Positions 9,495-20,497 of a DNA stretch of 57,852 nucleotides are shown here, one piece after another. The notes beneath the pieces were generated by a model. It saw only the letters and a program-made list of their open reading frames with translations, was not told the origin of the DNA and ran no database searches. Location: positions 1-57,852 of the IMG/VR virus record IMGVR_UViG_3300042402_005186; one strand, written 5' to 3'. The DNA comes from a virus. Taxonomy: Duplodnaviria > Caudoviricetes. Numbering within the stretch: the first letter of the stretch is position 1; each line of letters starts with the position of its first letter. The position numbers and the translations under genes are program-made.

Positions 9495-10399
9495 TATGCC
9501 TCACCAAAAGGATTTTTTTCTGTCCAATCTAATATAGCATCAGACTCAGATTCTATTCTCGTGTTATCTGAAATATCTTCGAATACATTATCATCAACTT
9601 GAGTGTCGGTATTAAACACAAGAACGCTTCTGAGAGCACCGCTTGTATTACCATAAACATTACCTGATGCGAAAATTCCTTGAACTTGAATAACGGTAAC
9701 CGCACTGTTTGGTGTATAAGAATAAACTATAGCTTGAGCATTTGCTGAAGCTAGGGAAGAACCTTGGTATATAATTTCTCCGGGAGTAAATATTCCCGTT
9801 CCTGCTGGAAAAACTGTCGTATTTGCAAGAGATAGTGTTGATCGTTTATATTCATCGAAGGCTTGATCATCTATTTCTTTAACGCCAGTAGATATAATTT
9901 CTTCACTAAATACGAACTGTTTCATGCGAAGAGCATAAACATATACGTTTCCACCTCGACCTCGACCAAGTGTATAAAACATTGCTTGATCATTTTCATG
10001 TTCTACGAATGTTATCTCAAAGAAATTTTGAACCAGAGGAATATAAATTAAATCGCCCTCTCTTGGTCTAGTCAAAGGCACAGTATACTTAAATCTTCTT
10101 CTCGACATGAGTAGAGTAACTTCATCTCGGATTTCAAGACCAAACTTAGAGATGAAATCACCTTCGCCGTCCATACCAGTGACATTTTCCATATACATTT
10201 CTATGCCGTAAGCATTTCGATACTCTTTCAAGGTGTCTTCACCATACAGCATATCGACTTGATCTCTACTTGTTCTAGGCAAATAATATACGTCCATGCC
10301 ATTAATTTGCATAGCTTCGATCACCAAATCTTCTACCAGTAATTGTTCACTGGTAATTTGATGTTGTGGAAAATTATTGAAATAAAAATTTGTAGACAT
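9494..10399 (-). CDS. gp14: Neck protein
   Basis: Motifs EQLLVEDLVIE, GMDVYYLPR, SKFGLEIRD, RPREGDLIY and terminal NPFGE. Confidence 0.95.
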   Translation of the reverse strand: MSTNFYFNNFPQHQITSEQLLVEDLVIEAMQINGMDVYYLPRTSRDQVDMLYGEDTLKEYRNAYGIEMYMENVTGMDGEGDFISKFGLEIRDEVTLLMSRRRFKYTVPLTRPREGDLIYIPLVQNFFEITFVEHENDQAMFYTLGRGRGGNVYVYALRMKQFVFSEEIISTGVKEIDDQAFDEYKRSTLSLANTTVFPAGTGIFTPGEIIYQGSSLASANAQAIVYSYTPNSAVTVIQVQGIFASGNVYGNTSGALRSVLVFNTDTQVDDNVFEDISDNTRIESESDAILDWTEKNPFGEA

Positions 10400-10400
10400 T

Positions 10401-11354
10401 TTAGCCTATGAAAATTTCGCTTGGCATGGAAAGAGTGCTCTTCGCATCTTCTTCCAACTCTTTCATTTCTTCTAATGCTTCATTCATGATTCTGGGGCCA
10501 TCTAGTGTAACTCCACCAGGCATTTGAATACCAGCAAATTTACTTAGATTTGTTCCCCACTGGTATTTAATTTTTGCTGTAGCATATGCTTTTAGAAAAC
10601 GATCATTCCAAACATCGGGATATCCTGTGATTGTCATAGAATTACCTGATGAAGAAGATGCATATGAGGAACTTACATTTAAGGAAGTATCTGATTCAAT
10701 GTTAACAACCCTTTTTGTTTCCCCTGCGATTACGATTTCTTCTCCGATAGAGATTTCTTTAGTAAAACTTGTTCCGCTTCCGGTTACTGTATTTGAAGAA
10801 TTGCTTATTGTCGCAGTGCCCGTCATCGTTGTATTATCAGGAGAAATGTATCGATAACATTCGATGATAATCCAATCACCTTCTTTTAGATCCCTAGTCC
10901 AGTCGATATCTAAGAATAACTTATCCATCTTTCGATTAAATCTTACCTGCGGAGTACCAGAGAATAAAAGATTCAATGTTCGAATATGTTGCATTGTGAT
11001 TTCATATGACACATAAGATACGGAAGTAAAGTCATATAAATCATGCAATCTAAGTTGATATCTCAAATCGAACATATTCACTGATGAATTTGATTGATCG
11101 AACGGAAGAATTCCCGTAATAAACTGAATTGCATCTGGGCAATTAATCCACTGCCTGTCTATATCAATTTGTTTTATTTGGTGCTTCAGGTACATTTGTT
11201 GCGTACCGTCATAGTGATAATCGTTGAAAAAAGCTAGGGCATCATCTATTCTATCTTCAACTTGATCGTCATCCACGTTAATTTGTACAACGGGATGCCC
11301 TAGGCGTCTTAGGCAGTATTCTTTAAATTGTGTTCTTGTTGATATTTTTGCCAT
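10401..11354 (-). CDS. gp13: Neck protein
   Basis: Motifs YCLRRLGHPVVQINVDDDQ and KYQWGTNLSKF.GIQMPGGVTLDG. Confidence 0.95.
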   Translation of the reverse strand: MAKISTRTQFKEYCLRRLGHPVVQINVDDDQVEDRIDDALAFFNDYHYDGTQQMYLKHQIKQIDIDRQWINCPDAIQFITGILPFDQSNSSVNMFDLRYQLRLHDLYDFTSVSYVSYEITMQHIRTLNLLFSGTPQVRFNRKMDKLFLDIDWTRDLKEGDWIIIECYRYISPDNTTMTGTATISNSSNTVTGSGTSFTKEISIGEEIVIAGETKRVVNIESDTSLNVSSSYASSSSGNSMTITGYPDVWNDRFLKAYATAKIKYQWGTNLSKFAGIQMPGGVTLDGPRIMNEALEEMKELEEDAKSTLSMPSEIFIG

Positions 11355-11377
11355 TTTCCACCCATAGTTTTATTAGG

Positions 11378-11385
11378 TATTTATA
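11378..11385 (-). promoter_or_regulatory. T4 late promoter consensus TATAAATA upstream of gp13
   Basis: Exact consensus. It overlaps the stop codon of the upstream glycosyltransferase gene. Confidence 0.75.
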
Positions 11386-12655
11386 TCTTCAGAGGACCAG
11401 GCAATCTCTGCATACCATCTTTAACTGCTACAAGCCATGCATCAGTGACACAAACATTGAGATTTTTGAGCCAATCATTCGGAAACCAAGTCATTTTTCT
11501 GTATTCCTGAAAACGAATCGATTTATTTTCTATAAATTGTGCGAGATATGCATCCGTATAATATAAGAAACTGTTTTCGTTCCAATAACTTACATGGGTG
11601 GGATCTTGAAACGCTCCTCTCCCATCAGTGCTTGGAACCTGAATAAATGCCCATCCGCCTGGGGCTAAAACCCGATGAATTTCTTCCATGATTTTTGTCT
11701 TATCATGAAGATGTTCGAGTATATGGCTTGCATTTATGACGCCTACAGTATTATCGGGTAGTGGAATTCCATTATTTAAATCGTGAATAATATCTGCGTC
11801 TTTTCTCAAATCTACAGAAATATAGTTCGGATACGGATTTAAACCACCACCCAAATCAACACAAAGTAAATTTTTATCTTTTGCATCTTTTTCTGCTAAT
11901 TTTTGAGCATATTGATTAAACAATTCAACAGTCTTAATTTGAATATCTTGATTTCTTTGTAACCATGTATTGTTACCAGTTATTCTATAAATGTACAAAA
12001 CTTTAGGAATGCGTTTCATCTTAGAGGCAAGATACGTTCGAATCATCAATTCATGATCATCACATATTGAAAGTTCTGGATTATGTCCACCAACTGATTG
12101 GTATACCGATTTTCTCCAACTTCTAACATGATCAGGTGCATACCAAATATAACCGAGAGAATGAGAGGATGGTTCAAAACTGTTCATCGCAATCAACCAT
12201 TTGTCTTTCCATTCAAATAATCGGTGAGTCCATCCAAAGTTACCATCGAAAGGAACAAACTTATCTTCCATATGCAAAACCGCATTGTCGCTGTATACAA
12301 ATCCAATAGACTCATCTTTATATGCTTGCGACAATTCTTCAAGACAATCAGGCGTGAGTAAATCGTCGTGGTCTACTTCAACTAAAATATCTCCTGATCC
12401 GGCATTAAATGCTTTATTTTTAATTGCACCGACATTCGTTTCACCTGAACCATCATAAAAAATACGAACTTTTTCATCTTTTAAAATATCAGGAGGAACT
12501 AAATCTTCAGTGAACTTGTTGTTCAAATATAGTATCCATTCCCAATTTGTATACGATTGATTCTTGATCGTATCGTAAAGCTCAAGTAAAAAAGGAATAT
12601 TACCAGGGTCATGTTCTGGCGTAATAATGCTGAATTTCATAATATACTCACTCAA
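11381..12655 (-). CDS. GT2-family glycosyltransferase fused to a class I SAM-dependent methyltransferase domain
   Basis: N-terminal GT-A motifs FSIITP, EVDHDD (DxD) and CDDHEL. C-terminal motifs VDLGGG, ASHILEHL and RVLAPGG. The start may be the second Met (MKFSII). Confidence 0.85.
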   Translation of the reverse strand: MSEYIMKFSIITPEHDPGNIPFLLELYDTIKNQSYTNWEWILYLNNKFTEDLVPPDILKDEKVRIFYDGSGETNVGAIKNKAFNAGSGDILVEVDHDDLLTPDCLEELSQAYKDESIGFVYSDNAVLHMEDKFVPFDGNFGWTHRLFEWKDKWLIAMNSFEPSSHSLGYIWYAPDHVRSWRKSVYQSVGGHNPELSICDDHELMIRTYLASKMKRIPKVLYIYRITGNNTWLQRNQDIQIKTVELFNQYAQKLAEKDAKDKNLLCVDLGGGLNPYPNYISVDLRKDADIIHDLNNGIPLPDNTVGVINASHILEHLHDKTKIMEEIHRVLAPGGWAFIQVPSTDGRGAFQDPTHVSYWNENSFLYYTDAYLAQFIENKSIRFQEYRKMTWFPNDWLKNLNVCVTDAWLVAVKDGMQRLPGPLKI

Positions 12656-14357
12656 AAAAGAATAAATGTGTCAGTCTTCCGTCTTGATCATTTTGACCAA
12701 AATATGGACCCGCAGAATGTATTGCTCTTGCATCCATAATGAGAAGTCTATTGTATATATTTCCTATATTATCGACGATATCAAACTTAGTGCTATCGTA
12801 AAAACCGGAAGAGAATGACATATCAATACCTTCTTGACTCGAATGTCTAAGACCTGTAATCTTAGAACGGTGCGACCTTGTTCCGCTTTCTAATGGAGCG
12901 TTTGGTGTTAAATAAATCATTCCCGCCCATCTTTGTTGATCATAGTGATAAACTTGTGGATCATTTGAAGTTGTTATTTGAAAACAACCATTGTACCCAT
13001 CATCCCAAAGGGTAATCGTTTGACCTATAATATTTTCAAATGCTCTCTTGATGCTATGAGGTCTATAAGTTTCTTTCGATCTTAACCCTTTATACCAACG
13101 GATATCGGAAGAAAATTCTACAGAAAGTGCATAGTCACGAATACGATCAGGCTCATCATAAAAATTATCAACAACAAAAACTTTTCTATCTAAACTTTTC
13201 TTGATTGAAAAAAGAGGCAACCCTCTCGGTTTAGAATTCTCATACTTACGTAAAGCTCTTTCGTGTATTTCTTGAATTCTTCCTGTTGGACTATCCCAAT
13301 ACATCGAAGTATCAATAAAATTTACATATTTCGGAAAAGCATTCGTTCTTTCTGGTAGCATCATTCTCGAAGTTTGATTAAACATATTTTCATAATCACC
13401 TAGCTTTTCATATAAATTTGCAAGTGCCAATATATGATCATTTCTTCCTGGAGCGAATTTTTCAGAAAGATTATAAGACGTAATCGCCGCTGAATAATTA
13501 TTCAACATTTCATAACATTCACCGCAATATATCATTGATAGATATGAAGTTTCATCAATCGGAACTTCTGTTTTATTTTTATAAAGAAAATTTACATATT
13601 CTTCAAAATAGTAAATAGCTCTTCTTGCATATTCTTTTTGATGAGATAAACCCAAAGGCATTTCTTTACATTCTCTAGCGTCGTAATAACTTTTGCCTAT
13701 GTACCAAAAATGATATAGATTGGATAACATAGTGCGATCAGAGATCATATCTTTTTCTAGAATCAAAGAATGTTTTATGAATTTATATGGATCGCTCCAA
13801 CTTTCTCCTGTATTAAAACCTGTTTGCCTGAAGCTTGGTGGCAAGTCGAATCTTTGGAAGTCTTTTCCTATTTCAGGTAAATCACAGTAAACTGTCTCGT
13901 GACAAGGATCATGATTGAATCTCCACGGCATCTTTGCATTGTACATCCATGCTCTATGATAAATTGAAGTTCCTTGGACAGCAGGGATATGAAAACTGTG
14001 GATTGTTTTATCGTCTAAAAGTGACCAATCAAAATCGTCATCGACTTCTAAAATCTCGTCGCAGTCCATTTTCAAAATCCAATCGCACCCATGGTCTGCG
14101 TTTTGTTGACAATACTGGATTAGATGATCGCGGTTCCAACCGAAACCTTTCCACCCCTCTTCACAAACATATATTTCTCCAGAGAGTTGATTGTCTAATA
14201 AAAATTTTCTAGCAATCTCATCTGTACCATCAGTAGATCCGTTATCTTGCATAACATAATAATCGACATAAGGTAAACACGAATTCAACATTCTAAGAAT
14301 GCTCTTAGATTCATTCTTGAACATTGTAATCATGACGATCTTAGACTTCTTATTCAT
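12648..14357 (-). CDS. GT2 glycosyltransferase / TPR / putative 2OG-Fe(II) oxygenase three-domain fusion
   Basis: GT2 motifs MFKNE, DNGSTDGT and MDCDE. Central TPR-like helices. C-terminal VVDNFY...HYD...WAGMIYL...YNRLL...H.A...RLTHLFFF, typical of the 2OG-oxygenase fold (DUF6445-like). Confidence 0.8.
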   Translation of the reverse strand: MNKKSKIVMITMFKNESKSILRMLNSCLPYVDYYVMQDNGSTDGTDEIARKFLLDNQLSGEIYVCEEGWKGFGWNRDHLIQYCQQNADHGCDWILKMDCDEILEVDDDFDWSLLDDKTIHSFHIPAVQGTSIYHRAWMYNAKMPWRFNHDPCHETVYCDLPEIGKDFQRFDLPPSFRQTGFNTGESWSDPYKFIKHSLILEKDMISDRTMLSNLYHFWYIGKSYYDARECKEMPLGLSHQKEYARRAIYYFEEYVNFLYKNKTEVPIDETSYLSMIYCGECYEMLNNYSAAITSYNLSEKFAPGRNDHILALANLYEKLGDYENMFNQTSRMMLPERTNAFPKYVNFIDTSMYWDSPTGRIQEIHERALRKYENSKPRGLPLFSIKKSLDRKVFVVDNFYDEPDRIRDYALSVEFSSDIRWYKGLRSKETYRPHSIKRAFENIIGQTITLWDDGYNGCFQITTSNDPQVYHYDQQRWAGMIYLTPNAPLESGTRSHRSKITGLRHSSQEGIDMSFSSGFYDSTKFDIVDNIGNIYNRLLIMDARAIHSAGPYFGQNDQDGRLTHLFFFE

Positions 14358-15064
14358 AATGTTCTTTCTTGTATTAATTTCAAAATTTCTGGATCATTTT
14401 TTTGTTTCTCTGTTGGTGAATATAATGCTCTTTTTCTTTTATTCGTATTTTCGTTCGAAGAAACCAGATAATACATTGCGATACTTTTCCTATAAACATT
14501 TTCTGGACAATCAATTGGATTTGAAAACCCATGCCAAGAATTGTGTGTTGTATCGAAAAGCAACAAACGATTAAATTTATTTTCAATAGTTTTTACTAAT
14601 TCTTTAGGTGAATTATTTTCTTGATCATGGGACCAAAATTCTAAATTGCCTCCCCACTCGGGTTTCCATTCCGGTGTTAGATAATATATTAAGTTAAACT
14701 TTCTTTCCATATCCAATTTCGGATGTAGCGAATAATCTAAATGAACATTCAGTCTACCTTCATTGCCTTGGATATGCCAACCCGCACCATGCAGACCTGC
14801 ATCCGGAGTTAGCTCTTCACAGTTAGTCAAACCGCGAAGAAAATTTACAAACTGTGGAGATAAAATGTGTTGAAAAAATTGATATGTTGTTTTTGGAAAG
14901 TAATACCAATTGTTCAGAGCCTTCTTTTTTTCGAGTGGATTATCATAAACAAACCAGTGCTCCGAATTGTAATCAATAAATTCGTTCGATAGTTCTTCTG
15001 CTAAATGATGCGGTAAAAAATTGTCTATAATACAATGCGGAAAAGGATCATTATAAAATTCCAT
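14354..15064 (-). CDS. 2OG-Fe(II) oxygenase (prolyl-hydroxylase-like superfamily)
   Basis: HLD (HxD), WGGNLEFW, SWHGF and RKS motifs. Start reassigned to the ATG at 15064 (MEFYNDPFPH), which has GGAGA upstream and lies 1 nt after the previous stop. Confidence 0.88.
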   Translation of the reverse strand: MEFYNDPFPHCIIDNFLPHHLAEELSNEFIDYNSEHWFVYDNPLEKKKALNNWYYFPKTTYQFFQHILSPQFVNFLRGLTNCEELTPDAGLHGAGWHIQGNEGRLNVHLDYSLHPKLDMERKFNLIYYLTPEWKPEWGGNLEFWSHDQENNSPKELVKTIENKFNRLLLFDTTHNSWHGFSNPIDCPENVYRKSIAMYYLVSSNENTNKRKRALYSPTEKQKNDPEILKLIQERTL

Positions 15065-15065
15065 G

Positions 15066-15638
15066 TTATCTCCATTTCGGACCTTCAAACCAAGCAGCAA
15101 TACTATATCTCGTTCCACGAGTCACTGGATTTGCCCTATGTCTGAATAGAGATGGAAAATAGATGAATGATCCTTGTTCTCGAACTTCTTTATCAAGTTG
15201 AGTACCTGTATCGGTAAGTTCTAAATCACCACCAACATAATCATTTGGATCTGACAATTGAATAACGCAGGAAAGTTTTCTGTGGTACACTGGATCATTA
15301 TTTAACCAAAATACATCATGATGTTCTTTATATTCACCTTTATAGCTCTCATCATATTCAGCGAATTGTATGAAGTCTAATTTAGTAATATGAAGACCGA
15401 AGAAGTCACGATTTGCTTCGAGAGCAGTTTTCCATAGAGCATCGAAGATATATTGATATCTCCAATCTCCCGAATTCATAAATCTAATTTTACTTCTTCG
15501 TGTGCTGTAATTTACGCCTTCACCATTACCAAGACCTACAATTCCATCTTGAACTGGTAATACTTGAACATCTTGTATGATTTTTTCGCAGGTTTCTTTA
15601 CTGAAGTATGATTTAAAATAACACCATTCACCTTTCAT
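15066..15638 (-). CDS. 2OG-Fe(II) oxygenase (P4H/PKHD-type hydroxylase-like)
   Basis: HHD (HxD), RKLSCVIQL, YVGGDLEL and HRANPVTRGTRYS motifs. Confidence 0.9.
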   Translation of the reverse strand: MKGEWCYFKSYFSKETCEKIIQDVQVLPVQDGIVGLGNGEGVNYSTRRSKIRFMNSGDWRYQYIFDALWKTALEANRDFFGLHITKLDFIQFAEYDESYKGEYKEHHDVFWLNNDPVYHRKLSCVIQLSDPNDYVGGDLELTDTGTQLDKEVREQGSFIYFPSLFRHRANPVTRGTRYSIAAWFEGPKWR

Positions 15639-15647
15639 ATTATACCT

Positions 15648-17819
15648 TTACAATTTTGTTTTTATATACTCGATTTGATCCTTTTGTTCTTTGAGGGCTT
15701 GTATGAGTAAAGGAACAACTTTTTCGTACATAATCGTTAAATATTTTTCACCGCTAATGCTGTTTCCATATTTATCACTATCAAACGGAGCAGGTACTAT
15801 TACTTCTGGCAACACTTTTTGAACTTCTTGAGCAATAAAACCTACCTGTTTGATGCCTTGTTTGGTATAGCCTAACTCTTTTGCGAGTTCATTTTCTTCA
15901 TAATAAACCCCTCTAATTTTTTCAAGCTTCTCTAAAGATTTATCTACAGGCCCCAAAATGTCTTTCAGTCTTCTATCCGAATAAAATGAAGTAATTTCTT
16001 GTGTTGCTCTGACTGTTCCTTGTGGTCCTAAAGCAGATCTTATACCAAGAACATCGACTCGGTTTGGATCAACTCCTCTAGGACCTTGCGCTCCGGTTAA
16101 ACCCGTGGGGCCTGCTGCGCCAGCACGACCCATCGGACCACCTAAACCCTGAGCACCTTGTGGGCCGGTAACTCCTGGGGGTCCCGGAGCTCCCATCGCC
16201 CCCTGAACACCTGAAGGTCCTACTGGCCCAGGAACACCTATTGCTCCTTGACGACCTTGGCGACCTTGATTTCCTTGAGGTCCTTGAACACCTTGAGGTC
16301 CTTGAGCACCTGATACACCTTGGCGACCTTGAACGCCAGTTGCACCTTGAGGCCCTTGAACCCCTGTAGACCCTTGAGCGCCTTGTGCGCCTTGAAATCC
16401 TGTTGGTCCTTGAATTCCTTGGAATCCTGTTGGTCCTTGAATTCCTTGAGCACCAGGCGAACCTTGAACACCTTGACGGCCTTGAAACCCCGAAGGTCCT
16501 TGGGCGCCTTGAGCACCAGGAACACCAGTAGCACCAATTACCCCTTGAGCTCCAGGTGCTCCGGTAGGGCCTTGAAATCCTGATGGTCCTTGAGCACCCT
16601 GAACCCCCTGAGCACCAGTATTACCTTGAGCACCAGCGACTCCTGGAACGCCAGCAGCACCTGGAGGACCAGCAGCGCCTTGAGGACCTACCGCTCCCTG
16701 TGCACCTTGGGGACCTTGAGCGCCCGTTAATCCTTGAGCACCGGCAACACCAGGAACACCAGTAGCTCCTGGAGATCCAGTTGCTCCTGAAGGTCCTGTT
16801 AAACCTTGAGCTCCTTGAAATCCTGCTGCTCCATTATTTCCTTGAGCACCGGCAACACCAGGAACACCAGTAGCTCCAGTTGAGCCTGTGGCACCTTGTA
16901 CTCCTTGTGCGCCTTGAGGTCCTTGAGCACCAATCGCACCTTGAGGTCCTTGGACACCAGAGACTCCTGGAACTCCAGTAGCTCCAGTTGAGCCTGTGGC
17001 ACCTTGTACTCCTTGTGCGCCTTGAGGTCCCTGTGCGCCTTGAACACCTTGAGGGCCTTGTGCTCCAACGACCCCACTTACTCCCTGCGGTCCAGTTGAA
17101 CCCAAAGGTCCCTGAAAGCCTGAAGGTCCCTGAACCCCTTGAGCTCCTTGTATTCCTTGGGGGCCAACAGAGCCAGTTACACCAACAATTCCTTGTGGCC
17201 CGGAATTACCTGAAGGTCCTTGAAACCCTTGCGGCCCAGGTGATCCTGCCGCACCCGTTGCTCCAGGAGAACCTTGGGCTCCAGTCGTTCCTATTACACC
17301 AGAAACCCCTGTAGAGCCTGTTAATCCTTGAAATCCTGCTGGTCCTGTAGGACCCTGTGCGCCTTGAGGTCCTTGAGCACCTTGAACGCCTTGTAGTCCT
17401 TGGAACCCTTGCGGTCCAGTAATTCCTTGAGGTCCTTGTGGTCCTTGAGACCCGACAAGCCCTTGAGGTCCTTGAGCACCTTGCGGGCCTTGTGCACCAG
17501 AAACTCCTTGTGAACCGACAGCACCTTGAGCACCAATAGTACCCGGAGCGCCTGTTGGTCCTTGAGGACCTTGGGCACCTTGAGCACCCTGTGGACCTTG
17601 AGCACCCTGTGGACCTTGAGCGCCTGAAGCTCCCTGTGTGCCTGAAGATCCTTGAGGACCTTGAGCCCCGGCAATACCAGGCACTCCAGAAACTCCCTGT
17701 GGGCCCTGAGGACCTTTTATATTAAGTGTGTCTCCAATCCAAACACCATTCGCAGCAACGACGCCATAAGTTTCGATTGTAAGTCCGTTTTTAACTACGA
17801 AAGGTTTTGTTGTAGCCAA
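15648..17819 (-). CDS. Collagen-like fibre protein 3 with C-terminal peptidase S74 intramolecular chaperone
   Basis: About 180 apparently uninterrupted Gly-X-Y triplets. S74 motifs YSDRRLK and GFIAQEV. TTG start. Confidence 0.92.
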   Translation of the reverse strand: MATTKPFVVKNGLTIETYGVVAANGVWIGDTLNIKGPQGPQGVSGVPGIAGAQGPQGSSGTQGASGAQGPQGAQGPQGAQGAQGPQGPTGAPGTIGAQGAVGSQGVSGAQGPQGAQGPQGLVGSQGPQGPQGITGPQGFQGLQGVQGAQGPQGAQGPTGPAGFQGLTGSTGVSGVIGTTGAQGSPGATGAAGSPGPQGFQGPSGNSGPQGIVGVTGSVGPQGIQGAQGVQGPSGFQGPLGSTGPQGVSGVVGAQGPQGVQGAQGPQGAQGVQGATGSTGATGVPGVSGVQGPQGAIGAQGPQGAQGVQGATGSTGATGVPGVAGAQGNNGAAGFQGAQGLTGPSGATGSPGATGVPGVAGAQGLTGAQGPQGAQGAVGPQGAAGPPGAAGVPGVAGAQGNTGAQGVQGAQGPSGFQGPTGAPGAQGVIGATGVPGAQGAQGPSGFQGRQGVQGSPGAQGIQGPTGFQGIQGPTGFQGAQGAQGSTGVQGPQGATGVQGRQGVSGAQGPQGVQGPQGNQGRQGRQGAIGVPGPVGPSGVQGAMGAPGPPGVTGPQGAQGLGGPMGRAGAAGPTGLTGAQGPRGVDPNRVDVLGIRSALGPQGTVRATQEITSFYSDRRLKDILGPVDKSLEKLEKIRGVYYEENELAKELGYTKQGIKQVGFIAQEVQKVLPEVIVPAPFDSDKYGNSISGEKYLTIMYEKVVPLLIQALKEQKDQIEYIKTKL

Positions 17820-17821
17820 AA

Positions 17822-20497
17822 TTATTTACCTCTTCTTTCTATTTCTTTTAACAAATCGGCTATCATAACTTGCTGTTCTTTAATTGCTTGTGTAATAACT
17901 GGTATTAATCTCTCGTATTGTACGGCTAAAAAGTCATGACCGGATTTACTATTTCCGTGTTCATTAATATCGAAAGGTGCCCTATCGATAACTTCAGGAA
18001 CAGATGGTTGTATTTGTTGAGCAATCAATCCAACTCTTCGCTTTTGATCCTTCTCATAACCATATTTTTCTGCTAAACGATTTTGCGTAAAGTATATACC
18101 AGTCATGCTTAATATTTTTTCCAAACAATTATCTATAATAGAGATTTTCGTCTTCAATCTTTTATCGGAGAAATTAGAAGTTATCTCTGCTGTAGCTCGA
18201 ATAGTACCTTGAGGGCCTGCGGCCGTGTTTAATCCAAGTGCATTTAAACTGGCACTAGAAGTTGTTCCTTGTATCCCTTGTGGTCCAATAAATCCTTGTC
18301 TTCCCGTAGGACCAGGAGGACCTTGAACGCCTTGAGCGCCCGTTGGTCCTCTAGGTCCCTGAGCACCAGCGAGCCCTTGTGCGCCTTGTGCGCCTTGTGG
18401 ACCATTATTACCCGGAAAACCAAAAACGCTACCTTGGGGTCCTTGAGCCCCTTGAGCGCCTTGTGCGCCTTGTGCGCCTTGAGCTCCAGCAATATTTTGT
18501 GAACCCGCAGATCCCTGTACACCCTGTGCACCTTGAACACCTTGAGGTCCTCTTGCAGGAAAACTTGAAAAATTATTAAAAGCAACATCTATAAAACCAG
18601 AAGTGCCAGTATAATAAAAAGATGAATCTATATAAAAAGTTCTATCAGGTCCATCTAACATTTCTCGCTGAAGAGATCCATTTATCCAATACCTAACATA
18701 AACGTTATCATATGTTATAGAAAATTGTGTAGTGGAATCATATCCTGGAAATTCTCCAACATATGTTCCATTTTCATATATTTGAGTGCCTCCTCCATAA
18801 TAAGGATACCAAGCATAGTCGATGGTGGCATAACCTGCATTTGTTGCAGGATCACTATTCAAACCGCACATTACATAATTGAGATTATCATTTCTTCTAA
18901 AAGAAACGAAAGCACCACTCGTAAATCCAGTTGACGAATAAAACTGACCGTCCCAATCTCCATTAGTTCCCGTGTTTTTATAAAAATAACTTGCATCCGA
19001 TGAGGATTGAATGACACCACCAGAAACTACTGCGGTAAAGTTGCTTGATGAACCTGCATATCCTTTTCTGGCAAATCCTTGTGGACCTTGAGCACCAGCA
19101 ACTCCCTGTGGACCTTGAGCACCAGCAACTCCTTGGGCACCGACAACTCCCGGTGCCCCTTGCGGGCCTTGTGGTCCTATATTATTCGAAGGTCCTTGAG
19201 GTCCCTGAACGCCTTGAGCCCCTTGACGACCTTGAAATCCAGCGGGCCCTTGTGCTCCGACAACACCTTGTGCTCCAGAAATACCAGCAACACCTTGTGC
19301 TCCAGGAGAACCTGTCGCGCCTTGAACACCTTGGCGACCTTGAAAACCAGCAACAGCACTTGTTGGTCCAGTGATTCCTTGTACACCTACAGGCCCCTGA
19401 AAGCCAGAAGGTCCTTGTGCTCCAGTCGCACCTTGAGCCCCTTGACGACCTTGAGCACCAACAAGCCCCTGAACTCCTGCAACTCCCTGAGGGCCTATAG
19501 TTCCTTGAGGTCCTTGAGCACCGGGAGCACCTGTTGCACCCTGAACACCTTGACGTCCCTGAAATCCGGTGGGACCTTGTGCACCAACTACCCCTTGTGC
19601 GCCAACAGGAGCAGTACCCTGAGCGCCGGGAATCCCTGTTGCACCCTGAACACCTTGACGGCCTTGAAAACCAGTGGGACCTTGAACACCAACTGCTCCT
19701 TGTGCTCCGACCGGTGCAGTACCTTGAACTCCTTGAGCCCCAACTGGTCCCTGAACTCCCTGAACACCTTGAAATCCAGTGGGGCCTTGAGAACCTTGTG
19801 GTCCTTGGAATCCAGCAGGAGCATTACCTTGAGCGCCTTGTCTACCAGAAGCGCCTTGTATTCCTTGAACTCCTTGAAATCCTTGCGGGCCAGTAGCACC
19901 CTGTGGTCCTTGAAAACCAGAAGGAGAAGATCCTTGGATTCCGGGTGGCCCAAATGGTCCTTGTGATCCTTGAACACCCTGAAACCCCTGCGGACCAGTA
20001 GATCCTTGCGGACCTTGAGCGCCCTGTACGGAAGATCCTTGTGGGCCTGCAAGACCCTGAGCACCTTGTGAACCAGGGGAACCTTGAGCGCCAGGTGCTC
20101 CTGTTGTTCCTTGAGGACCTTGTGCACCTGGATTTCCTTGAGAACCAGCAACTCCTATATCACCGATTTCACCAGAGAACCCAAGAGCTCCTGCGCTACC
20201 AGATTCGCCTTGTGCGCCTTGAGGTCCTTGAATACCAGAAGCTCCTGTTGACCCCTGTGGACCTTGTGCTCCAGGTGATCCTTGTGGGCCTGGTTGTCCA
20301 ATAAATCCGGTGGGTCCCTGGATACCTGGAGCCCCTATATTCCCCTGAGCGCCCTGAGAACCTTGTGCTCCCTGTGCACCTGCGTAAGATGATGGCTGAC
20401 CAACCCATTTTCCTAATGAGTTAATTATGTTATGGGTGCCTGTAGTATTACTGACAGACACTCCATTTTTAACTATAAAATTTCTATCGGTTGCCAT
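17822..20497 (-). CDS. Collagen-like fibre protein 2 with internal globular domain and S74 chaperone
   Basis: Gly-X-Y repeats with periodic interruptions and an aromatic-rich insert of about 170 aa. S74 motifs FSDKRLK and GLIAQQI. Confidence 0.92.
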   Translation of the reverse strand: MATDRNFIVKNGVSVSNTTGTHNIINSLGKWVGQPSSYAGAQGAQGSQGAQGNIGAPGIQGPTGFIGQPGPQGSPGAQGPQGSTGASGIQGPQGAQGESGSAGALGFSGEIGDIGVAGSQGNPGAQGPQGTTGAPGAQGSPGSQGAQGLAGPQGSSVQGAQGPQGSTGPQGFQGVQGSQGPFGPPGIQGSSPSGFQGPQGATGPQGFQGVQGIQGASGRQGAQGNAPAGFQGPQGSQGPTGFQGVQGVQGPVGAQGVQGTAPVGAQGAVGVQGPTGFQGRQGVQGATGIPGAQGTAPVGAQGVVGAQGPTGFQGRQGVQGATGAPGAQGPQGTIGPQGVAGVQGLVGAQGRQGAQGATGAQGPSGFQGPVGVQGITGPTSAVAGFQGRQGVQGATGSPGAQGVAGISGAQGVVGAQGPAGFQGRQGAQGVQGPQGPSNNIGPQGPQGAPGVVGAQGVAGAQGPQGVAGAQGPQGFARKGYAGSSSNFTAVVSGGVIQSSSDASYFYKNTGTNGDWDGQFYSSTGFTSGAFVSFRRNDNLNYVMCGLNSDPATNAGYATIDYAWYPYYGGGTQIYENGTYVGEFPGYDSTTQFSITYDNVYVRYWINGSLQREMLDGPDRTFYIDSSFYYTGTSGFIDVAFNNFSSFPARGPQGVQGAQGVQGSAGSQNIAGAQGAQGAQGAQGAQGPQGSVFGFPGNNGPQGAQGAQGLAGAQGPRGPTGAQGVQGPPGPTGRQGFIGPQGIQGTTSSASLNALGLNTAAGPQGTIRATAEITSNFSDKRLKTKISIIDNCLEKILSMTGIYFTQNRLAEKYGYEKDQKRRVGLIAQQIQPSVPEVIDRAPFDINEHGNSKSGHDFLAVQYERLIPVITQAIKEQQVMIADLLKEIERRGK

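Noticed and set aside
15065-15118. N-terminal extension given by the ORF track for 14354..15118
   Set aside because: It overlaps the upstream gene by 53 nt. The ATG at 15064 has an RBS and starts at the domain boundary.
18550-19075. Diversity-generating retroelement target
   Set aside because: No reverse transcriptase and no template/variable repeat pair were seen in this window.
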